Part shown: one piece after another, positions 40,830 to 50,141 of the stretch
How positions within the stretch are numbered: position 1 is the first letter of the stretch
Layout: the number at the start of each line of letters is the position of its first letter
Assembly (NCBI GenBank): GCA_029260555.1
Contig: JAJDCZ010000012.1
Coordinates: 1-59,934, forward strand
DNA length: 59,934 bases
Direction: 5' to 3'
Source of the DNA: Phycisphaerales bacterium
Lineage (GTDB): Bacteria > Planctomycetota > Phycisphaerae > Phycisphaerales > UBA1924
The notes under the pieces: generated by a model
Told to the model about the DNA's origin: nothing
What the model saw: only the letters and a program-made list of their open reading frames with translations
Database searches by the model: none
Translations under genes and position numbers: made by a program

Positions 40830-41398
40830 TGAAATGCCAGTCTGTTGCAGATACTGGTGTTGAGCAGCCTGTGATAATTGCATCGCAGGCGAGTGTTTTT
40901 GTGCGCCGAAACAAAAGACAAAAGCCTGAAGTGATCGTGCATAGCGCAGCAGAGGCCGATGCCTGTCGAATGGCGGAACTGATCAATGCGTGGGCAGGTC
41001 ATGGTTTGACGCTTGAGCGTCAAGAGGCACAGGTTCTATCGAGTATTGGCGAGTATGTGGTGGCTGAGCGCGAGAATCGTGTGATTGGATGTGGAGCGTT
41101 GATTGCGTATTCACCGAGTTTGGCTGAGATTCGCTCGATTGCAGTCGATGATGCTGCTCAAGGTCTTGGGGTTGGGCGGCGGATCGTTTCGTATCTGATT
41201 GATGAAGCTGAGCAGTTTGAGATCGATCAGTTGATTCTGGTGACCAAAACACCGGGTTTTTTTGCAAAGCTCGGGTTTCGGGAACTTGCCAGGGATGATC
41301 TGCCTGAGACCTTTGTGCACATGGCGTTGTTGCCTTATGGTCGAACGCTTTGTGGGCGGACGGTGATGTCAAGGCAGTCGTTTGATGCTGTGCTTTGA
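40829..41398 (+). CDS. argA: Short-form N-acetylglutamate synthase (GNAT acetyltransferase, S-NAGS/ArgA-like)
   Basis: ATG overlaps the argH stop (TAATG). GNAT core VIGCGALIAYSPSLAEIRSIAVDDAAQGLGVGRRIV...LILVTKTPGFFAKLGF matches mycobacterial short NAGS (VVGCGALHVLWSDLGEIRTVAVDP...VFVLTFETEFFARHGF). Confidence 0.65.
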   Translation: MKCQSVADTGVEQPVIIASQASVFVRRNKRQKPEVIVHSAAEADACRMAELINAWAGHGLTLERQEAQVLSSIGEYVVAERENRVIGCGALIAYSPSLAEIRSIAVDDAAQGLGVGRRIVSYLIDEAEQFEIDQLILVTKTPGFFAKLGFRELARDDLPETFVHMALLPYGRTLCGRTVMSRQSFDAVL

Positions 41399-41420
41399 AT
41401 CTGGTGCGTAGACTGTTGAG

Positions 41421-42335
41421 ATGTCAGAAACTGGTTCAACATTAAAACAGCAGCAAGCTGAGCAGGCCAAGGCACAACGAGCGGATATGACGCGCCCGGG
41501 CTTTGATACGACTCAGATCGAGTTTGTCCTTAGCACAGCGGTGATGACAGCCCAGAGCTTTGCGAGGGTTGATCCATCTCTGGGGTCATGTCTGAATCGT
41601 GAAAAAGCGGTTCTTGAATCGGTGTTGCAGGCTGCCGACGAGCATCGTGTGACGATGGACGAGCCGATTCGGGTTGCGATGCAGCAGATTGCCCAGTATG
41701 AGACCATCGCCAAACAACTTGCGAAGTTACCTGCGTGGCATGATCGATTGTGCGAGAGGCTGAGTTGTGAGGATGGTACTGAGCGTAAACCCGATGATGG
41801 CGAGCTGTTTGCGCTGCATCTGGTTTCAATGATGAGGATGGCGGGCCTGCGGCCGAAACCCGTGGGTGAGGGGATGAAGTTCGTCATCGACAGTGACGGC
41901 TGGCAGCTAACGGTATTTCCGGTACGCATCAGTGCTGATCAGGGGCTGGGTGAAAGTCTCAAGTGTGTGCTCCAAGATGCCCGGGCATCTGTTTGTGTGT
42001 GCATGCCTGCACTTGAGTTGACTGCGGTGATTCCAGAATCAGGTGGATTGATCCGTGTTCTGAATGATGCGGTGGCAATTGGGCAGATGCAGCAGGTATT
42101 TGATGGTTATTTGCAGAATGCTGCACAGGAGTTGGAGATTGATTGCATGATCGTGCCGGGGCTGTTTGTGTGTGCATCACTGGAAACCCATAGCGTGCCT
42201 TCACAGAGAATTGCGATGTGCTCGCTGATGCGTGTGGTATCCAGTGTGGGCAATGATGACCCCAGATATACAGCACTCACCCGGCTTGCTCGTCCATTCG
42301 GGGGGCTGATGAGCTTGAAGCCGGAGCAAGGCTGA
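41421..42335 (+). CDS. Hypothetical protein (304 aa), no recognisable domain
   Basis: Uninterrupted ORF with coding-like composition between the arg and kynurenine operons. Confidence 0.4.
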   Translation: MSETGSTLKQQQAEQAKAQRADMTRPGFDTTQIEFVLSTAVMTAQSFARVDPSLGSCLNREKAVLESVLQAADEHRVTMDEPIRVAMQQIAQYETIAKQLAKLPAWHDRLCERLSCEDGTERKPDDGELFALHLVSMMRMAGLRPKPVGEGMKFVIDSDGWQLTVFPVRISADQGLGESLKCVLQDARASVCVCMPALELTAVIPESGGLIRVLNDAVAIGQMQQVFDGYLQNAAQELEIDCMIVPGLFVCASLETHSVPSQRIAMCSLMRVVSSVGNDDPRYTALTRLARPFGGLMSLKPEQG

Positions 42336-42451
42336 GGGGGTCATGAGGGGGAGGCCTCGGGTCAGAGCTGGCGCATGGGCCGATGGTTGATATACTGGAG
42401 GTGTTCACGCTGAGGCTCTGGTCTGCTGGATCAGATTGGGGCTTTGGGTGA

Positions 42452-43021
42452 TTGATGAGGAGCTATGCGATGGAATACAGCGCCCCGTTTGACCTGATGC
42501 AGTGGATTGAGGAGAACCGTGAGCACCTGAAGCCTCCGGTTGCCAATCGGCAGTTTTACAATGATGCCAAGGATGTGATTGTCTTTGTATCCGGCGGCCC
42601 TAATGCGCGGAATGATTACCATGTAAATACCACCGAAGAGCTATATTTTCAGCTTCAGGGTGACATTGTGGTCGGGGTTCGTGATCCTGATGGCACCAAT
42701 CCTCGAGATGTGCCGATCAAGGAGGGGCAGATGTTTTTGCTCCCTCGGGATATGCCTCATCAGCCACGAAGGCCTGCCAACACGATTGGTCTGATTGTTG
42801 AGTTTCCAAGGCCAAAGGGCGATGATGACCGCATTCAGTGGTATTGCTCGAACTGTGACAAACTGGTCCACGAAGTCTGCTGGCGACTTAAACGGATCGA
42901 CAAAGATCTGGGCGAGATCATGACCGCGTTCTGGGATGGTGATGATTCAAAGAAAACCTGCAAGAGTTGCGGAACGGTGATTACAAAGGCGGATGCCACG
43001 ACGCTGCTGGCTTCGTCGTAG
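42452..43021 (+). CDS. 3-hydroxyanthranilate 3,4-dioxygenase (cupin) with C-terminal rubredoxin-like Cys4 site
   Basis: HAAO hallmarks: FDLMQWIEENREHLKPPV, YHVNTTEELYFQLQGDIVV, EGQMFLLPRDMPHQP, plus C-terminal CSNC...CKSC. Start may be Met7 (MEYSAPF). Confidence 0.85.
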   Translation: MMRSYAMEYSAPFDLMQWIEENREHLKPPVANRQFYNDAKDVIVFVSGGPNARNDYHVNTTEELYFQLQGDIVVGVRDPDGTNPRDVPIKEGQMFLLPRDMPHQPRRPANTIGLIVEFPRPKGDDDRIQWYCSNCDKLVHEVCWRLKRIDKDLGEIMTAFWDGDDSKKTCKSCGTVITKADATTLLASS

Positions 43022-43067
43022 GATTGCAGGCTTTTTGGAAGAGCGACATCGACCTGGAGAAACTCGC

Positions 43068-44198
43068 GTGTACAAGATCGATGTTCACACTCATATCCTG
43101 CCCAACAACTGGCCCAACCTTGCAGAACGCTATGGGTATGGTCGGTTTGTGAGTATTGAGCACATGCATGATGCTGCGGGTGTCTGCTGTGGCGCAAAGC
43201 TTTTTGTCGAAGGCGAGCATTTTCGTACTGTCAAGCCCAACTGCATTGACCATGCACATCGTCTGGTTGAAATGGACGAGACGGGAGTGGCGGTGCAGGT
43301 GCTTTCGACGGTGCCGATCATGTTCAGCTATTGGGCCAAGCCTGAGCACACGCATGACCTGGCGCGGCATCTCAATGACCATATCGCAGAGTTGTGCCGA
43401 GCCCATCCGACACGGTTTGTCGGGCTGGGCACAATTCCCATGCAGGACCCGGATCTTGCGTGTAAAGAGTTGGAGCGGTGTGTCACTGAGCTTGGTCTTA
43501 AAGGTGTGCAGATCGGGAGTCATGTCGAGCAGCCTCAGGGGGCAGAGTGGAATCTGTCAGATCCCATGCTCTTTCCTGTTTTTGAAGCGTGCCAGAGACT
43601 GGGTGCTGCGGTTTTTGTGCATCCGTGGGACATGATGGGACAGTCTGGCATGGAAAAATACTGGCTGCCCTGGCTGGTGGGCATGCCTGCAGAGACGGCC
43701 CGGGCGGTGTGCTCCATGATCTTCGGCGGCGTGTTTGATCGCCTGCCCGATCTGCGTGTGTGCTTTGCACATGGCGGCGGTTCGTTTCCATATACCATCG
43801 GTCGCATCGAACATGGGTACAACTGCAGACCCGATCTGGTCGCGACGGATTGTGCGCACAACCCGTGGTCATACTTTGCGGACCATGACAAACCTGCACG
43901 CTTTTATGTCGATTCGCTGACACATTCGCGTAATGCGCTGCGGTTTTTGATTTCCATGATGGATGAAAGGCGGATTTGTCTGGGGTCGGATTATCCCTTT
44001 CCTCTGGGTGAGCAAAGACCAGGAGCGTTAATTGATTCCATGTATGATCTGACCTGTCAAACCAAACAGAGGTTACTGGCACAGAATGCGCTTGAGTTTC
44101 TGGATATTGATCCTGAACTCCTGGGTATGGGTGACATTGCACAATCACCTTATGCGAGCAAGCGGGCGGGCAGTGCAGATGATGCAGCAGATTCGTAA
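43068..44198 (+). CDS. 2-amino-3-carboxymuconate-6-semialdehyde decarboxylase (ACMSD, amidohydrolase-2 family)
   Basis: Near-collinear match to human ACMSD: YKIDVHTHILP, LSTVPIMFSYWAKPE, RFVGLGTIPMQDPDLA, VFVHPWDM, KYWLPWLVGMPAETA, CFAHGGGSFPYTIGRIEHG, DYPFPLGE. Start taken at GTG 43068 (GGAGA RBS); the longer ORF from 42993 overlaps the HAAO gene. Confidence 0.85.
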   Translation: MYKIDVHTHILPNNWPNLAERYGYGRFVSIEHMHDAAGVCCGAKLFVEGEHFRTVKPNCIDHAHRLVEMDETGVAVQVLSTVPIMFSYWAKPEHTHDLARHLNDHIAELCRAHPTRFVGLGTIPMQDPDLACKELERCVTELGLKGVQIGSHVEQPQGAEWNLSDPMLFPVFEACQRLGAAVFVHPWDMMGQSGMEKYWLPWLVGMPAETARAVCSMIFGGVFDRLPDLRVCFAHGGGSFPYTIGRIEHGYNCRPDLVATDCAHNPWSYFADHDKPARFYVDSLTHSRNALRFLISMMDERRICLGSDYPFPLGEQRPGALIDSMYDLTCQTKQRLLAQNALEFLDIDPELLGMGDIAQSPYASKRAGSADDAADS

Positions 44199-45510
44199 GG
44201 AGAGAGCGGTGCCTGACACTTGTGCAGCATATCTTGCATGGACGACCGAGCGGGCATGGGCTGTGCAGCAGGATCAGATTGACCCGTTGACTGCGGTACG
44301 CAATGAGTTTCATATTCCCCAGCATCAGCAGAGTGATTGCGAACACTCGATGGTGTATCTTTGTGGCAACTCGCTGGGGCTTGAGCCTAAGAGTGTTGCT
44401 GGGGCAATCACACGAGAACTTGAGGACTGGGCGAGGCTGGGCGTGCGAGCGCATACTGCTGGGCGCAATCCGTGGTATCGATATCACGAGCAGTTGCGAG
44501 AGCCACTGGCGAAGATTGTTGGCGCGTCGTGTGATGAAGTGGTTGCGATGAACAGCCTGACAGTAAATCTGCATCTATTGATGACATCGTTTTACCGCCC
44601 CACTGCTGAGCGGCCTTGCATTATCATTGAAGATTCTGCATTTCCATCGGATTCGTATGCAACAGCGAGCCAGATCCGGTATCACGGGTTTGATCCAGAA
44701 CAGCATCTGATTCGACTCAAGCCTAGAGATGGAGAGCAGACGCTGTGCACGGGGGACATTATCCAGACGATTCAGCGAGAAGGTTCACGGACGGCCCTTG
44801 TGATGCTGGGTGGGGTGAACTATCTGACCGGGCAGTGGTTTGACATGCCCGCCATCACGCAGACGGGGCATGAGCAGGGGTGTGTGGTGGGTTGGGATCT
44901 GGCGCATGCTGCTGGGAATGTGCCGATGCAGTTGCACGACTGGGGTGTAGATTTTGCAGCGTGGTGTTCGTACAAGTATCTTAATAGTGGGCCGGGGGCG
45001 ATTGCCGGGGCATTCATACACGAGAAGCATTTGAAGGATGCGGGCCTGCCTCGCTTTGCGGGCTGGTGGGGAACGGACCCGGTTGCACGGTTCAAGATGG
45101 ACAAAGAGTTTGTGCCTGTGTGCAGTGCAGATGCATGGCAGCTATCCAACCCGCCGATTCTTTCGATGACACCGGTGATTGAAGCGTTGGCAATCCATGA
45201 CCGTGTGGGGATGGCTGCGTTGCGCGAGCGGTCGATTCAACTGACTGGTTATGCCGCGTTTCTGCTAAGCAAGCCAAGGCTCAGCAGGGCGAGGATCATC
45301 ACGCCTGAGGATGTCAATGCTCGCGGAGCACAGCTCTCGCTTTTCATCGAGGGCGGCAGCTTGCAGATACACAATGCGCTTCTGGCACGCTCGGTGACGA
45401 TAGATTTTCGTGAGCCCAACATTATTCGAGCAGCGCCTGCTCCCTTATACAACTCGTTTGAGGATGTCTGGCGCTTCGTTGATGCGCTTGCAGAGGTACT
45501 TGAAGCCTGA
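44179..45510 (+). CDS. kynU: Kynureninase (PLP-dependent)
   Basis: VYLCGNSLGL, class-V aminotransferase fold, PLP-lysine region CSYKYLNSGPGAIAGAF. Start MMQQIRKER overlaps the ACMSD 3' end by 20 nt. Confidence 0.85.
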   Translation: MMQQIRKERAVPDTCAAYLAWTTERAWAVQQDQIDPLTAVRNEFHIPQHQQSDCEHSMVYLCGNSLGLEPKSVAGAITRELEDWARLGVRAHTAGRNPWYRYHEQLREPLAKIVGASCDEVVAMNSLTVNLHLLMTSFYRPTAERPCIIIEDSAFPSDSYATASQIRYHGFDPEQHLIRLKPRDGEQTLCTGDIIQTIQREGSRTALVMLGGVNYLTGQWFDMPAITQTGHEQGCVVGWDLAHAAGNVPMQLHDWGVDFAAWCSYKYLNSGPGAIAGAFIHEKHLKDAGLPRFAGWWGTDPVARFKMDKEFVPVCSADAWQLSNPPILSMTPVIEALAIHDRVGMAALRERSIQLTGYAAFLLSKPRLSRARIITPEDVNARGAQLSLFIEGGSLQIHNALLARSVTIDFREPNIIRAAPAPLYNSFEDVWRFVDALAEVLEA

Positions 45511-46970
45511 TGGCTGAGGGACGATCGATGGCAAACAAAGATCCAGGTGACACTCGTGTGCTGATCGTGGGAGCTGGTCTGAGTGGGGCGCTGCTTGCCT
45601 GTGAGCTTGCGACTGTGGGGTATCAGGTTCAACTTTTAGAGCAGAGGCCTGATCCTCGCCAGGCGGGGTATGTTGGTGGGCGGTCAATCAATCTGGCGAT
45701 TTCTTGCCGGGCGATCACAGCACTAACGCGGGCGGGGCTTGCTGAACAAGTTCTGGAAAATGCCATGCGTATGCCGGGGCGGCTGATACATGCAATTGAT
45801 GGCACACTCAATTTTCAGCCTTACAGCATGAACCCGGAAGATGCGATCAACTCGGTTTCGCGAGGGGATCTGAATATCACGCTGATCAATGCGGCATGCC
45901 AGGCTGGGGCGCAGGTGCTGTTTGAACAGCGATGTATCGATGCGGATCTTGATGCGCCAGCAGCCATCGTGCGCGATGAGCGAAGTGGTCAGAGTCGATC
46001 TGTTGAATGCGATATTTTGATTGGTGCTGATGGGGCGTTCAGCGCGGTGCGAAACAGAATGCGGCATCTGGACCGGTTTGATGACAGCCAGACATATCTG
46101 GAGCATGGGTACAAGGAGTTGACCATAGAGCCCATCAAGGGAGAGCAAGGCTGGGGGAGGTTCGCGATCGAACCTGAAGCTCTGCATATTTGGCCTCGGG
46201 GCGGATTTATGATGATTGCGCTGCCTAACTGTGATGGATCGTTTACCTGCACGCTGTTCTGGCCGTTTGAGGGTGCGAACTCATTTGCTGAGATTGATTC
46301 AGAAGAGCGCGTGCTGGCGCATTTTCAGGAACATTTTCCAGATGTGGTTGAGCTGTTTCCAACACTGGCACGCGACTATGAGACGAACCCTGTCGGGTCA
46401 CTGGCAACGATCCGCTGCAAACCCTGGCATGTAGGGGGGAAAGTGGTTCTCGTTGGTGATGCAGCCCACGGGGTGGTGCCTTTCTATGGGCAGGGGATCA
46501 ACTGTGGTTTTGAGGATTGCCGTGTTCTCATGGAACAGCTTGAAACACATAATCACGACTGGGACAAGTCTTTTTCTGTTTATACCCTTGAGCGTAAAGA
46601 TAACGCTGATGCCATTGCAAATCTGGCAGTTGCCAACTTTCGTGAGATGCGTGATCGTGTTTCAGATCCGAACTTTCAGGCACGCAAGCGCGTTGAGCAG
46701 ACGATGCATCGGTTTGATGAAAAGAGATTTGTTCCCTTGTACAACTTGATCAGTTTTTCCAACATGCCTTATGCCCAGGCTCTGATCAAAGGCGAGCGGG
46801 TGATCACACTCGCTGAACGCATTGCAGACCGGATCGGGCGTGACCAATGCCTGAAGATGAGCGAGCAGGAGTTGGCTCATTTCGTGGAAGATCTGGTCAC
46901 TGATCCTGAGTTGAGCAAGGGATTGGAACTTGATTCAGCAGACCATGCGGGCGAGGAACCTGCACGGTGA
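45510..46970 (+). CDS. kmo: Kynurenine 3-monooxygenase (FAD-dependent)
   Basis: VLIVGAGLSGALLA FAD dinucleotide-binding motif, GADGAFSAVR, VLVGDAAHGVVPFYGQGINCGFED. ATG overlaps the kynU stop (TGATG). Confidence 0.85.
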   Translation: MAEGRSMANKDPGDTRVLIVGAGLSGALLACELATVGYQVQLLEQRPDPRQAGYVGGRSINLAISCRAITALTRAGLAEQVLENAMRMPGRLIHAIDGTLNFQPYSMNPEDAINSVSRGDLNITLINAACQAGAQVLFEQRCIDADLDAPAAIVRDERSGQSRSVECDILIGADGAFSAVRNRMRHLDRFDDSQTYLEHGYKELTIEPIKGEQGWGRFAIEPEALHIWPRGGFMMIALPNCDGSFTCTLFWPFEGANSFAEIDSEERVLAHFQEHFPDVVELFPTLARDYETNPVGSLATIRCKPWHVGGKVVLVGDAAHGVVPFYGQGINCGFEDCRVLMEQLETHNHDWDKSFSVYTLERKDNADAIANLAVANFREMRDRVSDPNFQARKRVEQTMHRFDEKRFVPLYNLISFSNMPYAQALIKGERVITLAERIADRIGRDQCLKMSEQELAHFVEDLVTDPELSKGLELDSADHAGEEPAR

Positions 46971-47599
46971 TGTATGACATTTCCCCGAAACTGACCAGTG
47001 AGACAGCGGTGTTTCCGGGTGATACGCCTCTGGAACGAAAGGTGCTCTTGAGTCTGGATCGGGGTGATGCGATCACACTTTCATCGCTGAAAAGCACGGT
47101 GCATCTTGGCGCCCATGCTGATGGGCCGAACCATTATGTTGCAGACGGCAGATCCATCGACGAGCAGCCTCTGGAACACTATATCGGACGAAGCCAGGTG
47201 ATCAGGGTTCAGATCAAGCGAGGTTCACGGATCAGCGTTGAGGATCTGCCGGGACCGATCACTGAACAGCGTGTGCTCTTTGCAACGGGCACTTGGCCCG
47301 ATCCGACCATTTTTAATACTGACTTTTGCGCTCTTTCACCAGAGTTGATCGATCATCTTGCACAATTTGGTGTGATTACGGTTGGGATTGACACGCCGAG
47401 TGTTGATACTGCTGACAGCACGAGTTTGCCTGCTCATCATGCTATCGCAAGGCATGACATGGCGATTCTTGAGTGTCTGGATCTGCACACGATTGAGCCG
47501 GGCGTGTATGAGTTGATCGCGCTGCCTTTGCCACTGGTCGGGTTTGATGCCAGTCCGGTGCGTGCGGTGTTGAGAGATATCAACGCTGTGAACACCTGA
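46970..47599 (+). CDS. kynB: Kynurenine formamidase (arylformamidase, cyclase family)
   Basis: Cyclase-family metal site HLGAHADGPNH, about 209 aa. ATG overlaps the kmo stop (TGATG). Confidence 0.8.
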   Translation: MYDISPKLTSETAVFPGDTPLERKVLLSLDRGDAITLSSLKSTVHLGAHADGPNHYVADGRSIDEQPLEHYIGRSQVIRVQIKRGSRISVEDLPGPITEQRVLFATGTWPDPTIFNTDFCALSPELIDHLAQFGVITVGIDTPSVDTADSTSLPAHHAIARHDMAILECLDLHTIEPGVYELIALPLPLVGFDASPVRAVLRDINAVNT

Positions 47600-47884
47600 T
47601 TCATCCAGGCCACGGCTGCTTTGTCAGTGACCAGGATTTTCTTTAACTGCGGCCCTCAGGTTGCTCTGGGAGCTAGAAAAGGGGATAGGGGGGTGATCCA
47701 TCAACAGCAGCTACAGCCTCATTTTGAGGAATATCAATACTTTACGATGAAATCACACGCGCCCTGCATGGCGTGCCTACTGTATGCCTCATTGCCGGTG
47801 GCCTCAGTTATATCGTCCGCACGAGTTATATGTAGCGGAGCGATCTGAGAATCTGCTGGCAGCACCTGTGGCGTTTTCTGCAGG

Positions 47885-49627
47885 ATGCTCACCAGGCAGG
47901 CCACACTTGTTCCAACCAGATTGGGCGAGGTTGCCCAAACGACTTACCACGCGGTGATTGCCGCGCGGTCTCAGGAGATCACTCTGTTGATTCACTTTTC
48001 ATCCCTTGACCTTTGTAAACCCATCCTCGACGCGATTGCTGGCGAGGGTTATGACACGCCCACACCTATCCAGGCACAGTCCATCCCCCCAGTTTTGGAG
48101 GGGCGCGACCTGCTTGGCTGTGCTCAAACAGGTACTGGCAAGACTGCAGCGTTTGCATTGCCGATTCTCAATCGCCTTCATACTGCAAAGGCAGACAAGA
48201 AGCGCCGTGGCGCCACCAAGCCTCGCGTTCTTGTGCTTTCACCCACACGCGAGCTGGCTTCTCAAATCGACGATAGTTTTCGTACCTATGGCCGACACAC
48301 TGGTCTGCGCCAAACGGTTGTTTATGGCGGGGTCAAACAGTTTCACCAGGTCAAGAGCCTTAAACGAGGCGTCGACATTCTTGTCGCCACGCCCGGCCGA
48401 TTGATGGACCTGATGGAACAGGGTCATGTCGATCTGCGTTTCATCGAGATTTTTGTTCTGGACGAGGCAGACCGAATGCTGGACATGGGGTTCATCCAGC
48501 CGATCCGTCAGATTGCGGCGGCCTTGCCTGCAGAGCGTCAGACGCTGCTCTTTTCAGCGACCATGCCCAAGAACATCATGCATCTGGCGGATTCGCTTTT
48601 GCAGGACCCGGTGAAGATCGCTGTCACGCCCGTGGCATCGGCAGCACCGCTCATCGAGCAGTCTGTGTATATGGTGTCGCGTCAAGCCAAGCCTGCACTG
48701 ATTGAACATCTGCTGGCAGAAAGGGGCGTTAAGCGAGCCCTTATTTTCACGCGTACAAAGCATGGTGCTGACAAGCTAACACGCAAGCTGAACCACTCGG
48801 GTGTTAAGGCAACCGCGATCCACGGCAACAAAGCTCAAAACGCGCGTCAAAGGGCGCTTGAGTCTTTCCGATCAGGCCAGTCACGAGTGCTTGTCGCCAC
48901 GGATGTCGCGGCACGCGGGCTTGATGTGGATGGCATCACGCATGTCTTCAATTTTGATTTGCCCAATGAACCCGAAGCCTATGTACACCGGATTGGTCGC
49001 ACGGGTCGCGCTGGTGCGACGGGTTTGGCGATCTCTTTCTGTGACCGCAGCGAGCGGGGGTTCCTGCGAGCAATCGAACGCATCACAGGCACAGGGATTG
49101 ATACAGTAACAGTTCCGGACAGCATCGAAGTGACCCCCCCGCCCCGCCCCCCCCGCGAACCACGCCCTCACTTCACTCCCCACACGCACACCGACAAGCA
49201 AAGCACTGGCGAAAACGAAGACGCCAAACCAAGACGGAAACGCACACGGAACCGGGATGCTGATGCATCCACGACACGCCGACGCAGGCGTCGCGGTGAC
49301 AGCCCGCGCCAAGACAATGCGACCAGACCCAAACGCAATGCAGCAGCCAATCACAGTGACGACCCACACCAAGAAGGTGCGGCCAAACCCAAACGCAATG
49401 CAGCAGCCAAGCGCAGCGACAGCCCCCGTCAAGAAGGTGCTGCCAAACCCAAGCGTAATGCATCGGCTAAAACCAAACGCAGCCCATCGTCAGGCCGCGC
49501 TCGTACAGGCTCGCATTCAGAGGCATCGGCTGGCGGGCCAAAGCGAACCGCTCGGACGCCTGACTCACGCGCCAGCAGAAAGCGTGCCAGAGCAGGCGGC
49601 AGAGGCCGACGCAGTAACCCGTCCTGA
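47885..49627 (+). CDS. DEAD-box ATP-dependent RNA helicase (RhlE/CsdA-like) with about 200-aa Arg/Lys-rich C-terminal tail. True start probably downstream of 47885.
   Basis: Q-motif [33 protein letters not shown] (DEAD), [13 protein letters not shown]. Tail is RRR/KPKR-rich. Long (about 280 nt) upstream leader. Confidence 0.85.
   Translation: MLTRQATLVPTRLGEVAQTTYHAVIAARSQEITLLIHFSSLDLCKPILDAIAGEGYDTPTPIQAQSIPPVLEGRDLLGCAQTGTGKTAAFALPILNRLHTAKADKKRRGATKPRVLVLSPTRELASQIDDSFRTYGRHTGLRQTVVYGGVKQFHQVKSLKRGVDILVATPGRLMDLMEQGHVDLRFIEIFVLDEADRMLDMGFIQPIRQIAAALPAERQTLLFSATMPKNIMHLADSLLQDPVKIAVTPVASAAPLIEQSVYMVSRQAKPALIEHLLAERGVKRALIFTRTKHGADKLTRKLNHSGVKATAIHGNKAQNARQRALESFRSGQSRVLVATDVAARGLDVDGITHVFNFDLPNEPEAYVHRIGRTGRAGATGLAISFCDRSERGFLRAIERITGTGIDTVTVPDSIEVTPPPRPPREPRPHFTPHTHTDKQSTGENEDAKPRRKRTRNRDADASTTRRRRRRGDSPRQDNATRPKRNAAANHSDDPHQEGAAKPKRNAAAKRSDSPRQEGAAKPKRNASAKTKRSPSSGRARTGSHSEASAGGPKRTARTPDSRASRKRARAGGRGRRSNPS
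49328..49480 (+). repeat. 60-bp tandem repeat (about 2.5 copies) inside the helicase C-terminal tail
   Basis: cccaaacgcaatgcagcagccaa(t/g)c(a/g)cag(t/c)gac(ga/ag)ccc(a/c)c(a/g)(c/t)caagaaggtgc(g/t)gccaaa repeated at 49328, 49388 and partially at 49448. Encodes PKRNAAA(N/K)(H/R)SD(D/S)P(H/R)QEGAAK. Confidence 0.7.
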
Positions 49628-49665
49628 TTGTTATCCGTCAAGTAAGTTGTCAAACTTGCATCAAG

Positions 49666-50034
49666 CTATTCGGCCAAAGCTACGGTTTGTTCAGCTGACC
49701 AGACTGTTTGCCCGTTTTGTGTGATGTTGACCGTCGTCAATGCTTGAGGCGTGCCTGAGGCATCGGCAACAAGAACTGTGCAAACAATCACTCTCTTTTC
49801 ATCTTCGATGGAGATCGTTCCTTGCTGTCCCTTGAGCACGATCAGCCTTGGTGAACTAATCATGCTCGGGTTCTCAGGATTCGTAATGTCCTGAATCTCG
49901 AAAGCGACGCCATACTGTCCAGCATCTTTCCCGGGGGAGAGCGTTGCCTTGCTGGAGTAGGCTGTGGGTGAACTGGAGCAACCCATGAGAGAGCTGAGGA
50001 TCAGGAGGGCTGAGAGTTGCAGCGTGCGTTTCAT
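49666..50034 (-). CDS. Small lipoprotein, unknown function
   Basis: Lipobox LILSSLMGCSS. 122 aa. Confidence 0.45.
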   Translation of the reverse strand: MKRTLQLSALLILSSLMGCSSSPTAYSSKATLSPGKDAGQYGVAFEIQDITNPENPSMISSPRLIVLKGQQGTISIEDEKRVIVCTVLVADASGTPQALTTVNITQNGQTVWSAEQTVALAE

Positions 50035-50141
50035 GTTACTCTTCCTGTTTTTGTGAAACTGACAGTGTTTTTACGCCTGTGGATGTAGAGCATACCATAC
50101 TAGCAGATGTATGCCTTTGCTGAATCGTACGCTGCGATTGT

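Noticed and set aside
43498-44574. 358-aa minus-strand ORF
   Set aside because: Antisense to ACMSD and kynureninase, which align almost collinearly with known enzymes. Spurious.
48881-49463. Minus-strand ORFs of 183 and 96 aa within the helicase tail
   Set aside because: Produced by the repetitive GC-rich tail-coding region. The plus-strand frame continues the helicase without interruption.
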